A DNA stretch of 39,698 bases from Octopus bimaculoides (Eukaryota): the NCBI RefSeq assembly GCF_001194135.2, contig NC_068984.1, positions 97,876,549 through 97,916,246 of the forward strand, written 5' to 3'. Below the pieces are notes generated by a model, which was not told the origin of the DNA, did not search any database, and saw only the letters and a list, made by a program, of their open reading frames with translations. The number at the start of each line of letters is the position of its first letter. Position 1 is the first letter of the stretch. Made by a program: the position numbers and the translations under genes. Shown here piece after piece: positions 24,459 to 36,073 of the stretch.

Positions 24459-25087
24459 GGTCTCTTGTTCAACAGCACCCCACACTTAATAATCGAGGGA
24501 GTTGCAGTGTGAGAAGTTAGGTGGCCAAATGTTAGGGCTGATGTGGTCGCAGAAATTGTCTCACAGCCATGATTGGCTTCTCTTGCTTGTGTGGCAAGGT
24601 GCTGAGTCCTGTTGCCAGATATAGGGTTTTCCAGCAGCCACCCTCTTGAACCAGGACAGTACTATTTCCTCCAGGCACTTGATATAGGCCTCCGTGTTGA
24701 GTCTGAGGTCGTGAGAGAAGACAAATGAAGGCATAACGTCGCTATCACTAGTGATCACTCCAAACACCATCATGTTGATTGGATGCTTGATTTTTTATCA
24801 CTCCTGGTACATGTCCTCAGACTGCACTATCCTCAGATTGAGATGTCCTCAGATTGACACCCAAACACTTTGAAATGTTCATATTGGAACTTTCGGTGTG
24901 AATACCAAATAGTACAACATGTCCTTTCAAAATTTCTGGCAGAGTGAATTGTGTCGTGGTGCATTTTTCTCACAGACGGTGCCCAACTGACCCTACTATA
25001 ATGTGTAGTCAACAAAATCAAAAACAAGCAATGCACATGCACGAAATTAAAAATATAAAACGTTGACAATTTACCCATTGCACCCTG
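24459..25087 (-). mobile_element. DD37D (maT-like) transposon fragment, subfamily 1
   Basis: ORF MMVFGVITSD..WQQDSAPCHTSKRSQSWL; TIR gacaatttacccattgcaccctg followed by TA; similar to 37482-38498. Confidence 0.88.
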
Positions 25088-25140
25088 TATGTATATGTGT
25101 GTGTGTGTGTATGTACATGCATGTATGTATTTGCATAAAA

Positions 25141-25176
<36 letters not shown>

Positions 25177-25189
25177 CAAAGAATATATA

Positions 25190-25400
25190 TACATGTATAC
25201 ACACATATATGTACATACTTACATCTACATGTGTATATATATGCATATCAGGGTACAGGACGTTAGAACAATAAACTACAGACAACGGAACGAACACATA
25301 GGAAAACGGAAAGCCACTTGGAATATCCCTTCATCAGCTGTCTCTATTCTATCTCGACGTTTCGAAGATAAGACAGAACGTACTCTAGAATAGTCTCTTC
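25190..25400. repeat. Diverged, non-palindromic relative of the 3118-3346 element
   Basis: Shared catatatgtacatac.tacatcta.atgt, gggtacaggac, cccttcatcag and cgtttcgaag. Confidence 0.7.
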
Positions 25401-25460
25401 CTGAGTCGTGGATCAACCCACTACACAGAGGATTCCAAGGTGGCAAACACAAACCAAGAC

Positions 25461-25828
25461 AGGCGCAGGGGTGGCTGTGCAGTAAGAAACTTGCTTCCCA
25501 ACCACATCGTTCCAGGTTCAGTCACACTACATGGCACCTTGGGCGAGTGTCTTATACTCTATCCTCAAGCTGACCAAAGCCTTGTGAGTGGATTTGGTAG
25601 ACAGAAACTGAAAGAAGCCCATGCGTGTGCGTGTGTGTCTGTGTGTGTGTGTGTTTGTCCCTCCACCATTGCTTGACAACCAGTGTTGGTATGTTTACAT
25701 CCCTATAACTTAGCAGTTCAGCAAAAGACACCGATAGAATAAGTCTTATGGTTGATTTGTTCAACTAAAGGCAGTGCTCCAGCATGGCTGCAGTCAAATG
25801 ACTGAAACAAGTAAAAGAATAAAAGAAT
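25461..25828 (+). mobile_element. SINE family A
   Basis: Full head and tail colinear with 13214-13614. Confidence 0.9.
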
Positions 25829-25871
25829 ATACACACACACACGCATGTATACATACATATATATATATATA

Positions 25872-26470
25872 NNNNNNNNNNNNNNNNNNNNNNNNNNNNN
25901 NNNNNNNNNNNNNNNNNNNNNNNNNNNNNNNNNNNNNNNNNNNNNNNNNNNNNNNNNNNNNNNNNNNNNNNNNNNNNNNNNNNNNNNNNNNNNNNNNNNN
26001 NNNNNNNNNNNNNNNNNNNNNNNNNNNNNNNNNNNNNNNNNNNNNNNNNNNNNNNNNNNNNNNNNNNNNNNNNNNNNNNNNNNNNNNNNNNNNNNNNNNN
26101 NNNNNNNNNNNNNNNNNNNNNNNNNNNNNNNNNNNNNNNNNNNNNNNNNNNNNNNNNNNNNNNNNNNNNNNNNNNNNNNNNNNNNNNNNNNNNNNNNNNN
26201 NNNNNNNNNNNNNNNNNNNNNNNNNNNNNNNNNNNNNNNNNNNNNNNNNNNNNNNNNNNNNNNNNNNNNNNNNNNNNNNNNNNNNNNNNNNNNNNNNNNN
26301 NNNNNNNNNNNNNNNNNNNNNNNNNNNNNNNNNNNNNNNNNNNNNNNNNNNNNNNNNNNNNNNNNNNNNNNNNNNNNNNNNNNNNNNNNNNNNNNNNNNN
26401 NNNNNNNNNNNNNNNNNNNNNNNNNNNNNNNNNNNNNNNNNNNNNNNNNNNNNNNNNNNNNNNNNNNNNN
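25872..26470. other. Assembly gap
   Basis: N run. Confidence 1.
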
Positions 26471-26520
<50 letters not shown>

Positions 26521-26532
<12 letters not shown>

Positions 26533-27870
26533 TTTTGTGAAGGCTTGGTAGGTAGGTAGGTAGGTAAGTAGCAGCAGTAGATCTGAAGGAGTATTTAATA
26601 TTACGATGGAATATAACCATCAACTACTTTCATTCCTCGACATCCTCATTAAGAAAATCAACAAAATAGAAACAGACGTCTACTATAAGCTCACGGACTC
26701 CAAGCAATATCTACCATTCAACTCATGCCATCCCAGACACAGTAGAATGAATATCTCCTTCAACCTGGCAAAAAGGATTTGTACAATAATTTCTAATACA
26801 AGCACCAGGGACACACAACTACATAAATTAAAGGATACACTCATCACCAGGAACTACCCACCATCACTAATTGATATAGGCTTTCAACGTCCCCTACAAC
26901 TCAACATCCGCGAATTCAGACATCCCAAACTAAAGAAGGATTTGCACCCAAAAACCCTACCATACATCTCCACATACAACTCCCTTAACAATGAAGCTTT
27001 CGATATCATCCTCCAGAACATTCCTCTACTAAAAAGGGACCACAGAATGAATTTAATCCTCCACACGCACACCATCATAAAAACAAAAGACAACCCAAGT
27101 CTATGAAAGTCTCCTAACACAAGCCCAAGTACACTCGGCAACGACACTGAAGCCGTCATTAAAAAAATGCGGAAGACCTAACTGTGGTATATGCGTCAAC
27201 CTAATTGAGGGATCAGAGTTCTCCTTCAAACAGGGTCAACGTTTTACAGTGAAAAACAACTTCACATGTGCTTCGGAAGACCTAATACATGTATTAACTT
27301 GCTCAAGGTATCGAGAGCAATACATAGGCCAAACCCAAAACAATATACGCCAAAGGATGACACTACATAGATTCCAGATTAAAATTCGAGAATACTGAAA
27401 AATAGCATTCAGTGAATACTTTGACATTTGTGCCACTAACGAAAACCCAACTTCAGAATTGCTCCCCTCTATAAATTCAGGGACGATGCAACCTATAATC
27501 AGCGCATTAGCAACGAGTTATATTTTATCGCAAAATATAAACCCCTTTTCAATGCCGCCACTACTACAAGGGCCTTAGAATAATACCCACGCAAATGTTA
27601 AAAACAATATATTCAGAACACAACAGGTTACTTTTAGGTCATTTGACCATTTAAGAGCACTCCACCAACAACTTACTACTATCATACCACTCCCGTATTT
27701 TTCTTATTCTTTCTCTTCTTTTCCCACTCCCTCTTCTTCTTCTTCTTCGGCTACTGCTGCTTAAACAATCAAAACCAAGAACCTACATCCCTCATATTAA
27801 ATATTCCTTCAGATCTGCTGCTACTACCTACCTACCGAGCCTTCACAAAAGTAAAAGAGAGAGAGAGAGA
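26521..27870 (+). mobile_element. 5'-truncated Penelope-like element (Neptune-type by motif pattern) with inverted terminal copy
   Basis: LSFLDILI..TDVYYKLTDSKQYLPFNSCHP (RT thumb); KCGRPNCGIC..CASEDLIHVLTC..QYIGQT..RQRMTLHR (Cys motif plus GIY-YIG); 26521-26601 is an inverted copy of 27794-about 27860. Confidence 0.88.
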
Positions 27871-28117
27871 CAGAAAAAAGGAAAATGTCCCATGTATTTG
27901 AAAACTATGGAAATATAAAAAAAAAAAACATTTCATTTAATTTTTCCACAATTTAAGTGTTTTTTCAGGTTGATTCGTTCATATTGAACTCATTCAGGCA
28001 TACAATCGAGCTGGAGGATATTCTGAAAACGGCTATTATTTCTCCCATCGGCCTTTTCGAATTCCTCAAAATGCCATTTGGTCTTCATCCAAATGCCGAT
28101 CACAAACCTCTAGTTTG

Positions 28118-28127
28118 NNNNNNNNNN
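28118..28127. other. 10-N assembly gap
   Basis: N run. Confidence 1.
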
Positions 28128-28128
28128 C

Positions 28129-28166
28129 TAAGTTGAAAAAGTCGCAAAGACTGAAACCGGTACTAA
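28129..28166 (+). ncRNA. Minimal type I hammerhead-like motif, U3-A8 variant with palindromic stem III
   Basis: taag TTGAAAA agtc-gcaaa-gact GAAA ccgg TA ctaa; predicted cleavage after GUA at 28162; stem I has one A-A mismatch. Confidence 0.55.
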
Positions 28167-28230
28167 AACGTTCTTCATGGTAAAATCGTTCTAGCATTTT
28201 TTACCTTGTCCAATTTTCCTTGTATGTGTG

Positions 28231-28269
<39 letters not shown>

Positions 28270-28479
28270 GTGTATGTACATACATACATACATATATATT
28301 TATGTCTGTATATACTCGTATATAATATGTATGTGTGTGTGTGTTAGAATTTGTGAAATTAATTTCTGAAATTGTTCATCAATAGTGTGTGAGTGGTCTC
28401 AATCTACAAGGCATTAGTACCTTCCATCAGCCATGTTTTTTTAAACCTCTCTTGTTCAAACATGTACGACACTCTTTTG

Positions 28480-29416
28480 TGAACGTGTCCTGATATCATT
28501 CGCCTTGTGTTTAAAAACCATTCAATCACTCTGTGACTCATCATATTGTTACAAATGGATCACCAGATTTTTTTTTATCCCCAAGCCGTGTCGACTTGCT
28601 CCTGATCACGCTAAGACTGCGATGGCTGAGTTCGAGTACCTACTGGAGCTGAGCATAGTTCGTCCATCCAGCAGCAATAGGACCTCGCCCTTTCATATGA
28701 TCCCCAAATATCTTCTGGTGACTAGGAGCTCTGTGGAGATTATCACCTGTTGAACGAAGCCCGATAAATACTCTGTACCTCATTTACAGGACTTTTCTTC
28801 CACTCTACATGGTGCCAGAGTATTTTCCAAGATTGATCTCGTTCGGGCATACAATCAAGCTGAAGGATATTCTGAAAACGGCTATTATTTCTCCCATCGG
28901 CCTTTTCGAATTCCTCAAAATGCCATTTGGTCTTCATAACGCTTCTTCAACTTTCCAACTTTTCCTCGATACTGTAGTCCGAAGTTTACCCCATGTCTAT
29001 GCGTATTCTGATGATTTGCTTGTTGTCAGCACAACTAAAGACGAGTACGAAAAACATCTGCAGTTACTTTTCGATCGTCTTTCTTACAACGGTGAGAATA
29101 ATAATGGTTTAGATTTTCTGGGCCACTGTATTGACGAAAAGAGAATTCACTTTCTCGAGAGTCTATTGGTCTGATCAATTTTTATCGTCAGTTTATTTCT
29201 CATTCTGCGGAACTTATGCAACACCTCACAGATGTTCTCCAACATCGCAAAAAAAAAAAATCCCAGCTTATCTCTCTTGGTTATAGAGAGTTTGCAGTCT
29301 TTAATGAAATCAAGGTCTTAGCTAACACACCTTGTTGGTTCATTCAAAGCCTGATGTGTGTGTGTGTGTACATACATACATACATATATATTTATGTCTG
29401 TATATACTCGTATATA

Positions 29417-29490
<74 letters not shown>

Positions 29491-31540
29491 GAATTTGTGA
29501 AATTAATTTCTGAAATTGTTCATCAATAGTGTGTGAGTGGTCTCAATCTACAAGGCATTAGTACCTGTTAGTTGATGCATCAGATGCTGGTGTTGGTGGC
29601 ATTCTTCAACGGAATGTTAACAGAACCTGACAGTCACTTTCCATTTTTTCTCCAAGTGACTCAAACCGGTCGAGACGACATATAGTGCTTTTGGCCGAGA
29701 TTTGACAGCAGCGCATCTTAGTGTGAAACACTTCAAGCACATGCTGGAGGGTTCTCTGTTTTCTATATACACCGATCACAAACCTCTAAATTACGCTCTG
29801 GGTTCCAAGCCTGACCGTCATTCACGCAGGGAAATTCGGCTCCTTGATTTAATTTCCCAATATACCACGGATATTCGGCACGTTAAAAGCTCGGATATTT
29901 CTCGCTTCCACATCGATGCACTACACACTACTGTCGCTATCAATCTCCAACTAGGAAAACATTAAAGAACTCAAACTTCGACATTTTCCCTCTTCTGTTT
30001 CTTTCAAACTTCTTCTACCCTCTTCTCCTGGTTATATTTGGTGCTATAGTTTTATGGGTCACGAATGCTCCTATGTTCCAAAGAAGCTCAGACATTTGAT
30101 TTTTTTCCTGCTTTGCTTACTCTGTCGTATCCTGGAGCAAATTTCCTCCTGAAGTTGATCGCTGCCCAATTTGTGTGGGCTGGTATAGATAGGGAATAGT
30201 GTGGGCTGGTGTATCAGGGACTAGGCCCAGATATCACGGAATAGGTCAAAATGCAAAAGTTCATCACCATATCAAATCACCTCTTTAAACATTCTCAACA
30301 CCCGACGCATGGTTTCAACACGTGCATATCGGCATCATCGGACCACTGTCTCCGTCTCAATATTGCGCACATTTCTTGTGCTGTGTGGATAGCTTTTCTT
30401 GATAGCCTGAAGCCATCCATTTCGTGATATCACAGCAGAAACAATAGCTAAAGCTCTACTTCAACATTCGATTGCATGTGTAGCGACCGTGCGATCAGGA
30501 GCTGGTGACAAAGGAACGGCTCCTTTAGCGCATCGCACGGTCGGCACAAACATATAAAAAAAAAAGATGGAATGAGTTAAGTGCCAACAAGAAAAGAGAG
30601 AGACACAACCGGTAACAATCTATGAAGATATGGTTTTATTGGTTGTCAACTAGCATGTCTATGTGAGTGTGAATGCGACATAATAAAACAATATAAGACA
30701 GGCCGTCGTGTAAACAAAGTGTGTATACAAATATGTGTATGTGAATGCAAGAGATACATCTATAATAAGGACGTTAAAAGTCCAGACACAAGGATGTGAA
30801 ATACCAGTTCGTAGCTAAGGTACACAGTAGGTTGAAGGTGCTGTACAAGAAGTCGTGGCCGAATAGCAGAGCTTGAAGAAAAGATACTGTCGCCCGATAA
30901 GTTGAGACTACGATGCTGCGACCGGTTACTTGGTATAGAGGGTCTCGCTGTTATTCGTGGTGAAGCAATTCACACAAACAGCATGGAGAAAGTTATGTTA
31001 GCGTTGCTGGTTTGGTGTGTACGTTGAGACGTCGGTGTAGACGCAGGCGACGAAGAAGCTTGTAGTAAACAGTTAGTTGAACGGTGGTGTTGATTCTCCA
31101 GTGGAACGGAGTCATGTCGTTGTTGGAACTGGTTGGTGCTCTGTGGTCAGCGGCTAGATCTCAGAAGGTCTAAGGCCGAGACAAACTTTAGCGCAGACTA
31201 GCTACCTATTTAAGAGAAAAAATCAGCTCAGACAAGGGTTCAGAAAACCGTTCCACGTAACCTTATCAGAAGGCTATGATTGGTTGGTTTACACCCTAGC
31301 GCGAAATAGAACTAGAGACAAAAGTGCGCCAATACCAACCAATCAGAGTGGTGGACACAACAGGGTCCAAAGATGCGGCCGAAGGCTAGCTGTTATCTGC
31401 TACGTCCGCATTCACATATATATAACTGAGAGAGAGGCTTCGCTACACATGTTTTGGCACACCTTTTACCAGTACAACAGACAGAGGACGTCAGTTTCGA
31501 TCCAGTCTCTTCTTGGAATTGACACGCATCTTTTATCGTA
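28480..31540 (+). pseudogene. pol: Decayed Ty3/Gypsy pol (RT, RNase H, integrase), interrupted by a microsatellite insert and a solo LTR
   Basis: FSKIDLVRAYNQ, LFEFLKMPFGLHNASSTFQ..YAYSDDLLV (RT); DASDAGVGG..YTDHKPL (RNase H); HVHIGIIGPL..RDITAETIAKAL..IAC, then FGTPFTSTTDRGRQF after the insertion (integrase). Confidence 0.92.
30479..31447 (-). mobile_element. Solo LTR (969 bp) with a 4-bp CATG target-site duplication
   Basis: Ends TGTAGCGA...TCGCTACA; CATG at 30475-30478 and 31448-31451; the integrase frame rejoins on removal; AATAAA on the - strand near 30635 suggests orientation. Confidence 0.88.
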
Positions 31541-31545
31541 ACACC

Positions 31546-32713
31546 TAGGATGACCATGAAAGAGTAATGCTAGAGCTGTGAAATCTCGCATGTGTCAATT
31601 CCAACTCTTCTTATTAATAGCCGCATTGTTTCTGACCGTTCAAAGAAGACTTCAACAGTGACTTCTCTTGAAAATCGATAGAATTTGACATCGTGGTCTT
31701 ATCAAGTACCTGCAGAAAAAGTGTTTAGTTCCCAACAACATTCATGCTGATGTGATTGCTACATTAGGGAGTGACACAACAATGCAATAAATGGGCAGCT
31801 GAATTTAGCAGGGGAAGGAAGAGTGTTAAAGACGACCCAACGTCTGGACATTCTGCAACTGCCACCACCGAGGAAAATATTGTGTTCACCACATGCTGAT
31901 AGATGACAGGGTATGAACTACAAATCAAATAGCCAATGCTACTAACATATCTCGTGAGAGAGTTGAGAATATTCTACACAATGAACTTAGCATGACGAAG
32001 ATTTCTGCCCGTGAGTGCCACATCTTACTCCTAATCAAAGTCGCACCTGACTGATTATGTCACAGGAAAATCCGACATTGAGACAGATCCACTAGGTTTC
32101 TTTGAACGTTTCCTAACCCAAGATAAGTGTTGGGTTTTACACTTTGCTCCAAAGATGGCCAATGATATTTCAACTGCAGGAAAGGTGATGGTTTCAGTTT
32201 TTTGGGATGCGAAAGGCCTTGTGATTATTGACTGTCTTCAAAAGTGTCAAACCATCAATGGAAAGTACTATGCCAACTTGCTGAAGCAGTTACGAAAGGC
32301 TATCAAGACCAAACGCCAAGGAAAGTTGACGAAATGGGGTATTGTTTCATCGGGACAATGTTCCAACATACAAGTCCTTGATTTCAATGGCTACTGTGCG
32401 TAGCTGTGACTTTGAAGTGAATGATCAGCCTCCCTTTTCTCTTGATTTAGCCCCGTCTATCATTTGTTCAACAACATGGATAAAGAAAAATTGGTTGAGA
32501 ACCAGTATGGCAGTGATGATGACATCATATCTGCCGTTGATGACTTTTTACCAACTGGATGAAAGCTTTTTCACCAATGGGATCCAAACACTGCAGCACC
32601 ATGGAAGAAGCGTGTGGATTGTAAAGGGAACTACGTTGAAAAATAAACCTCATTTGATTACAGTCAATGAGAACATCTTGGTCAGCATATGAACTTTTCA
32701 GCCAATCATCATA
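31546..32713 (+). mobile_element. Mariner (DD34D-type) transposon, decayed
   Basis: KWAAEFSRGR.SVKDDP.SG (helix-turn-helix region), AGKVMVSVFWDAKG..TINGKYYANLL, FHRDNVP, PPFSLDLAPS; right TIR-like gaacttttcagccaatcatcata; left end uncertain. Confidence 0.85.
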
Positions 32714-33339
32714 TAATTATTGTTTTTATTAGTACAACTATTTATATTGATGTCAATACTATTATGGTCAATTTTGTTACTACTACTGCTGCTGCTATTG
32801 CTGCTGCTGTTACTCAGATAGGCTTAATCATTTAGCATGAACACCCTTAATTTGTGAGTGTTGTTTGAGGCTATTGTTTGTGCCAAGTTCCTTGTTGTTG
32901 AGTATGAAAGCTTAACCAAATGTTTATTAAGCAATTTGCAGTATTGGCTTCATGGTGGAAAATGTTTCTTCGTAGCCAGAAAGAATTTGCAAAGAATATT
33001 GATGGTGATCTGGATCCCGTATGGTGCATTACAGCATATAACTTCTCTAAATACATCTCGCTATTTCCTAAAATTTATTTTCTTTACTACACCTATTCGT
33101 ATTCTCGCCAAGGTCTAGTCCACGGGCATATCTCATTGCGATGAGTATATCACTTTCTATCGCCTGTCTCATTAGTTTTCTATTTATGTTTAATATCCTT
33201 ACGATAAATGCTTCTATCAATTATTTGTATTTATACCAATTGCATTTCGATTGTTTATTATTCATATTATACCAATTGCATTATGAATGTAGTCTAGATT
33301 TATCGGTAGATTTATTCACACTAAGCTTATTCCGAGTGA

Positions 33340-35790
33340 ACCCACTCTTTAACATATTCCTATTTCTGTTGATAAGGCATACTCCAATGTCAGTTGCTTC
33401 AAATAGATGGCCTAGTTTTCGAATAATACCATTTTGGCCAAATTCCTTTCTTTTGGAAGTCAGTTTATTGTGGTTCTGAAGAAGATGAAGGTGTAGGAAT
33501 GTTCTCTATTTTTTATGGATTGATTAATTAATATGATCGAAGTATGCATCTAAACCCCTCCAATATTTATCAGAAATATATGTAGGTCTTAAATAAATGT
33601 ATAAAATCCATTATTTGTATGCATCATATCTCCTTTCAGTCTAAAATGAAATCTGAGATTAAATACTTTAGAAATTCTAAGCAGAAGTTCTTTTTTTTTT
33701 CCCGATAAGACCTATATGAAGTTACTAATGATTTATACGATAAATTGCTAAAAGACACCATTTCCTCTAAATATAAGAAAGCTAACGTAGAAAGATACTA
33801 TAATATCAATGATGGAGCTAAATTCCTCGTTAAACGTTGCAATATCGATGATAGATTAGAATGCTTAGCTAAGAGAGAGGCGTTTATTACTATAAAAGAC
33901 CATAAACCTAATTTTCATAATAATCCTTCCTGTAGATTGTTAAACTCAGCAAGATCTGAAATTGGGCTTGTAGCTGAGAAAATATTTAGAAATATTAATT
34001 TTAAAATTAGGGGAATTATTGGGCTTCAGCAGTGGAATAGCAGTTTTACTGTAATAAATTGGTTTAAGAATATCAAGAATAAGAATAAAGCTAAATTTAC
34101 CAGGTTTGATATAATAGACATTTATCCCTCTATATCTAGATCGCTACTTGACAAAGCTATTGAATTTGCTAATTCATATGTTGAAATTGACCCTATAGAT
34201 CTAGACTTTATCAGGCATGCAAGAAAAACATTTTTGTTCACCAAAGGATTAGCATGGGTAAAAAAGTCGCATAGTGATGAACTATTTGATATATCTATGG
34301 AGTCATATGATAATGCTGACGTCTGTGATCTTGTGGGTTTATTTATATTAAAGACATTGAGATATAGATACCCGGCTCATGACATTGGCCTATACCATGA
34401 CGATGGCTTAGGTATTTCCCATGGGTGTAATGATCACACCCTTGATAGATTTAGGAAGGAACTAATTTCAACCTTTAATCAATTAGGACTTAAAATCACA
34501 GTAACTACTTATCTGTTGATTATTTAAATGTTTCCCTAGATTTAAACTCTTCCTCGTATAAACCTTTTCATAAACCTAATTAGAAACTCACATATATACA
34601 TAAACAGTCTTGTCACCCTCCTGTAATATTTAAAAATCTGGTAGCTAGTATTAGTAACAGAGTGTCTAACCTCTCTTCTTACAAAGAAATTTTCGACAAA
34701 GCTGCCTCCTATTATAACAAAGCCCTAGCCAATAGTGGCTACAAAGATAAATTAATATATAATCCCTCTATTAATCAAAATATTAATAATAAATCTAGTG
34801 GCATCAAAGATAAAGTAGTATATAACCACTCTAGTATTAATCAGGATAATAAGAAATCAAAAGATAGGCCAAGGAAAATTATTTGGTTCACCCCTCCCTT
34901 TTCCTTTTATATAAAAACTAACATTGATAAAAGATTCCTGTCACTCCTAGACAAACACTTTCCAACTACTCACAGATATAGGAAAATATTCAATAGGTGT
35001 TCTGTAAAAGTATCATATAGCTGCTGCCCAAATATGAAGAGTATCATTACACGTGGTCAACACCAAGAACCTGAATCCAGCTGCGACTGTCGCGACCCAG
35101 GATCGTGTCCACTCGACCAACGATGTAAGATTAAATCTACCATGTATGAGGCAGAAGTTACTGCAACCCTAAATAATAATACAACTGATAAGAAGACCTA
35201 TATTGGATTATGTGAAGGAGAATTAAAAAATCACAATGCCAATCACATAGCCTCCTTCCGACATAGGGACAAAAGTAAAGCTACTAAGTTGGCTAGCGAA
35301 ACACTGCATGTGATTAAATGGAAAGTAATTGAGAAAATCATACCTTATGTGAACGGATCGAATAAATGTAGACTTTGTTTTGTTGAAAGAGCGCAGATCC
35401 TGTTCAGATCTAAGATCCCTAACTTTCTATCGAACTCCAGGTCAGAAATTTTCAGTGATTGCATGCATATGTATAAATATATTCTCAAGAATTGGGAAAA
35501 TTCCGCCTATTCCTGAATGACTTGATATCTTTCCAGCCTTTTCATTTAAGGCCTAAGGAGGATAACACTTTTTACCTTTCGACACTTTAGTTTCATTTTC
35601 CGTTGTTTAATGTCTATGTTTTCTGTATGCTGCCTTGTCAGTTTCATCACGTTTCTTCTATTTATTCAATCTTTTAGTTCGTTATATATGGTTTGCGCCT
35701 GAAGAATATGTTTGAGTTCTCTCAACATATGAAGCTATTAGTCACGCTTTAATACATGTATTGTGACCTTTAAATAATAATAACAACATA
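33340..35790 (+). mobile_element. Largely complete but inactivated Penelope-like element (RT plus C-terminal GIY-YIG; Naiad-like by motif pattern)
   Basis: AFITIKDHKPNF.NNPSCRLLN, FDIIDIYPSIS, IGLYHDDGL; RKIIWFTPPFS..FNRCSVKVSYSCCPNM, CDCRDPGSCPLDQRC, MYEAEV..TYIGLCEG, CRLCFVER..RSEIFSDCMH; frameshift near 34510 and TAG at 34581. Confidence 0.9.
35695..35747 (+). ncRNA. Degenerate type I hammerhead motif in the PLE 3' UTR
   Basis: gcgc CTGAAGA atatgtttgag-ttct-ctcaacatat GAAG ctattag TC acgc; 10-bp stem II; A15.1 replaced by G; weak stem I. Confidence 0.55.
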
Positions 35791-35843
35791 TATATATATA
35801 TATATTATCCGAAGTGTACTGTATTATATATCCATCACGGCTG

Positions 35844-35926
35844 ATCTTACCAGTCGGTTTCACGCTAGGAGTACATCGGAGTGTTAGGTAACAATCCGAT
35901 TATATAACCCTACGCTCATCAGAGAT
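35844..35926 (-). ncRNA. Type I hammerhead ribozyme motif (minus strand)
   Basis: Minus strand reads atct CTGATGA gcgtaggg..tcctagcgt GAAA cc-gact-gg TA agat; complete core, stems II and III intact, 4-bp stem I. Confidence 0.72.
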
Positions 35927-35965
35927 GACTGCTCTCTATAGAATAGAGAGCAGTCACCATATTTC

Positions 35966-36073
35966 ATTCCATATCGGTTATCTCTGATGAGCGTAAAGTT
36001 ATATAATCGGATTGTTACTTAACACTCTGCTGTATCCCAAGCGAAACAGATTGGTAAGATCAGCTGTGATGAA
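35966..36073 (+). ncRNA. Type I hammerhead ribozyme motif (plus strand)
   Basis: atct CTGATGA (35984-35990) gc..gc GAAA (36043-36046) cagattgg TA agat; extended stem I with internal loop (attccatatcggttatct / agatcagctgtgatgaat); stems II and III partly decayed. Confidence 0.68.

Noticed and set aside
25331-25364. Canonical type II hammerhead from the CGAAAC...CTGATGA order (also 3304-3339)
   Set aside because: No stem I can form between the cleavage triplet and CUGAUGA; kept only as an unexplained motif pair
34581-34583. Selenocysteine read-through in the PLE ORF
   Set aside because: The stop is TAG, it lies near a frameshift, and no SECIS is evident
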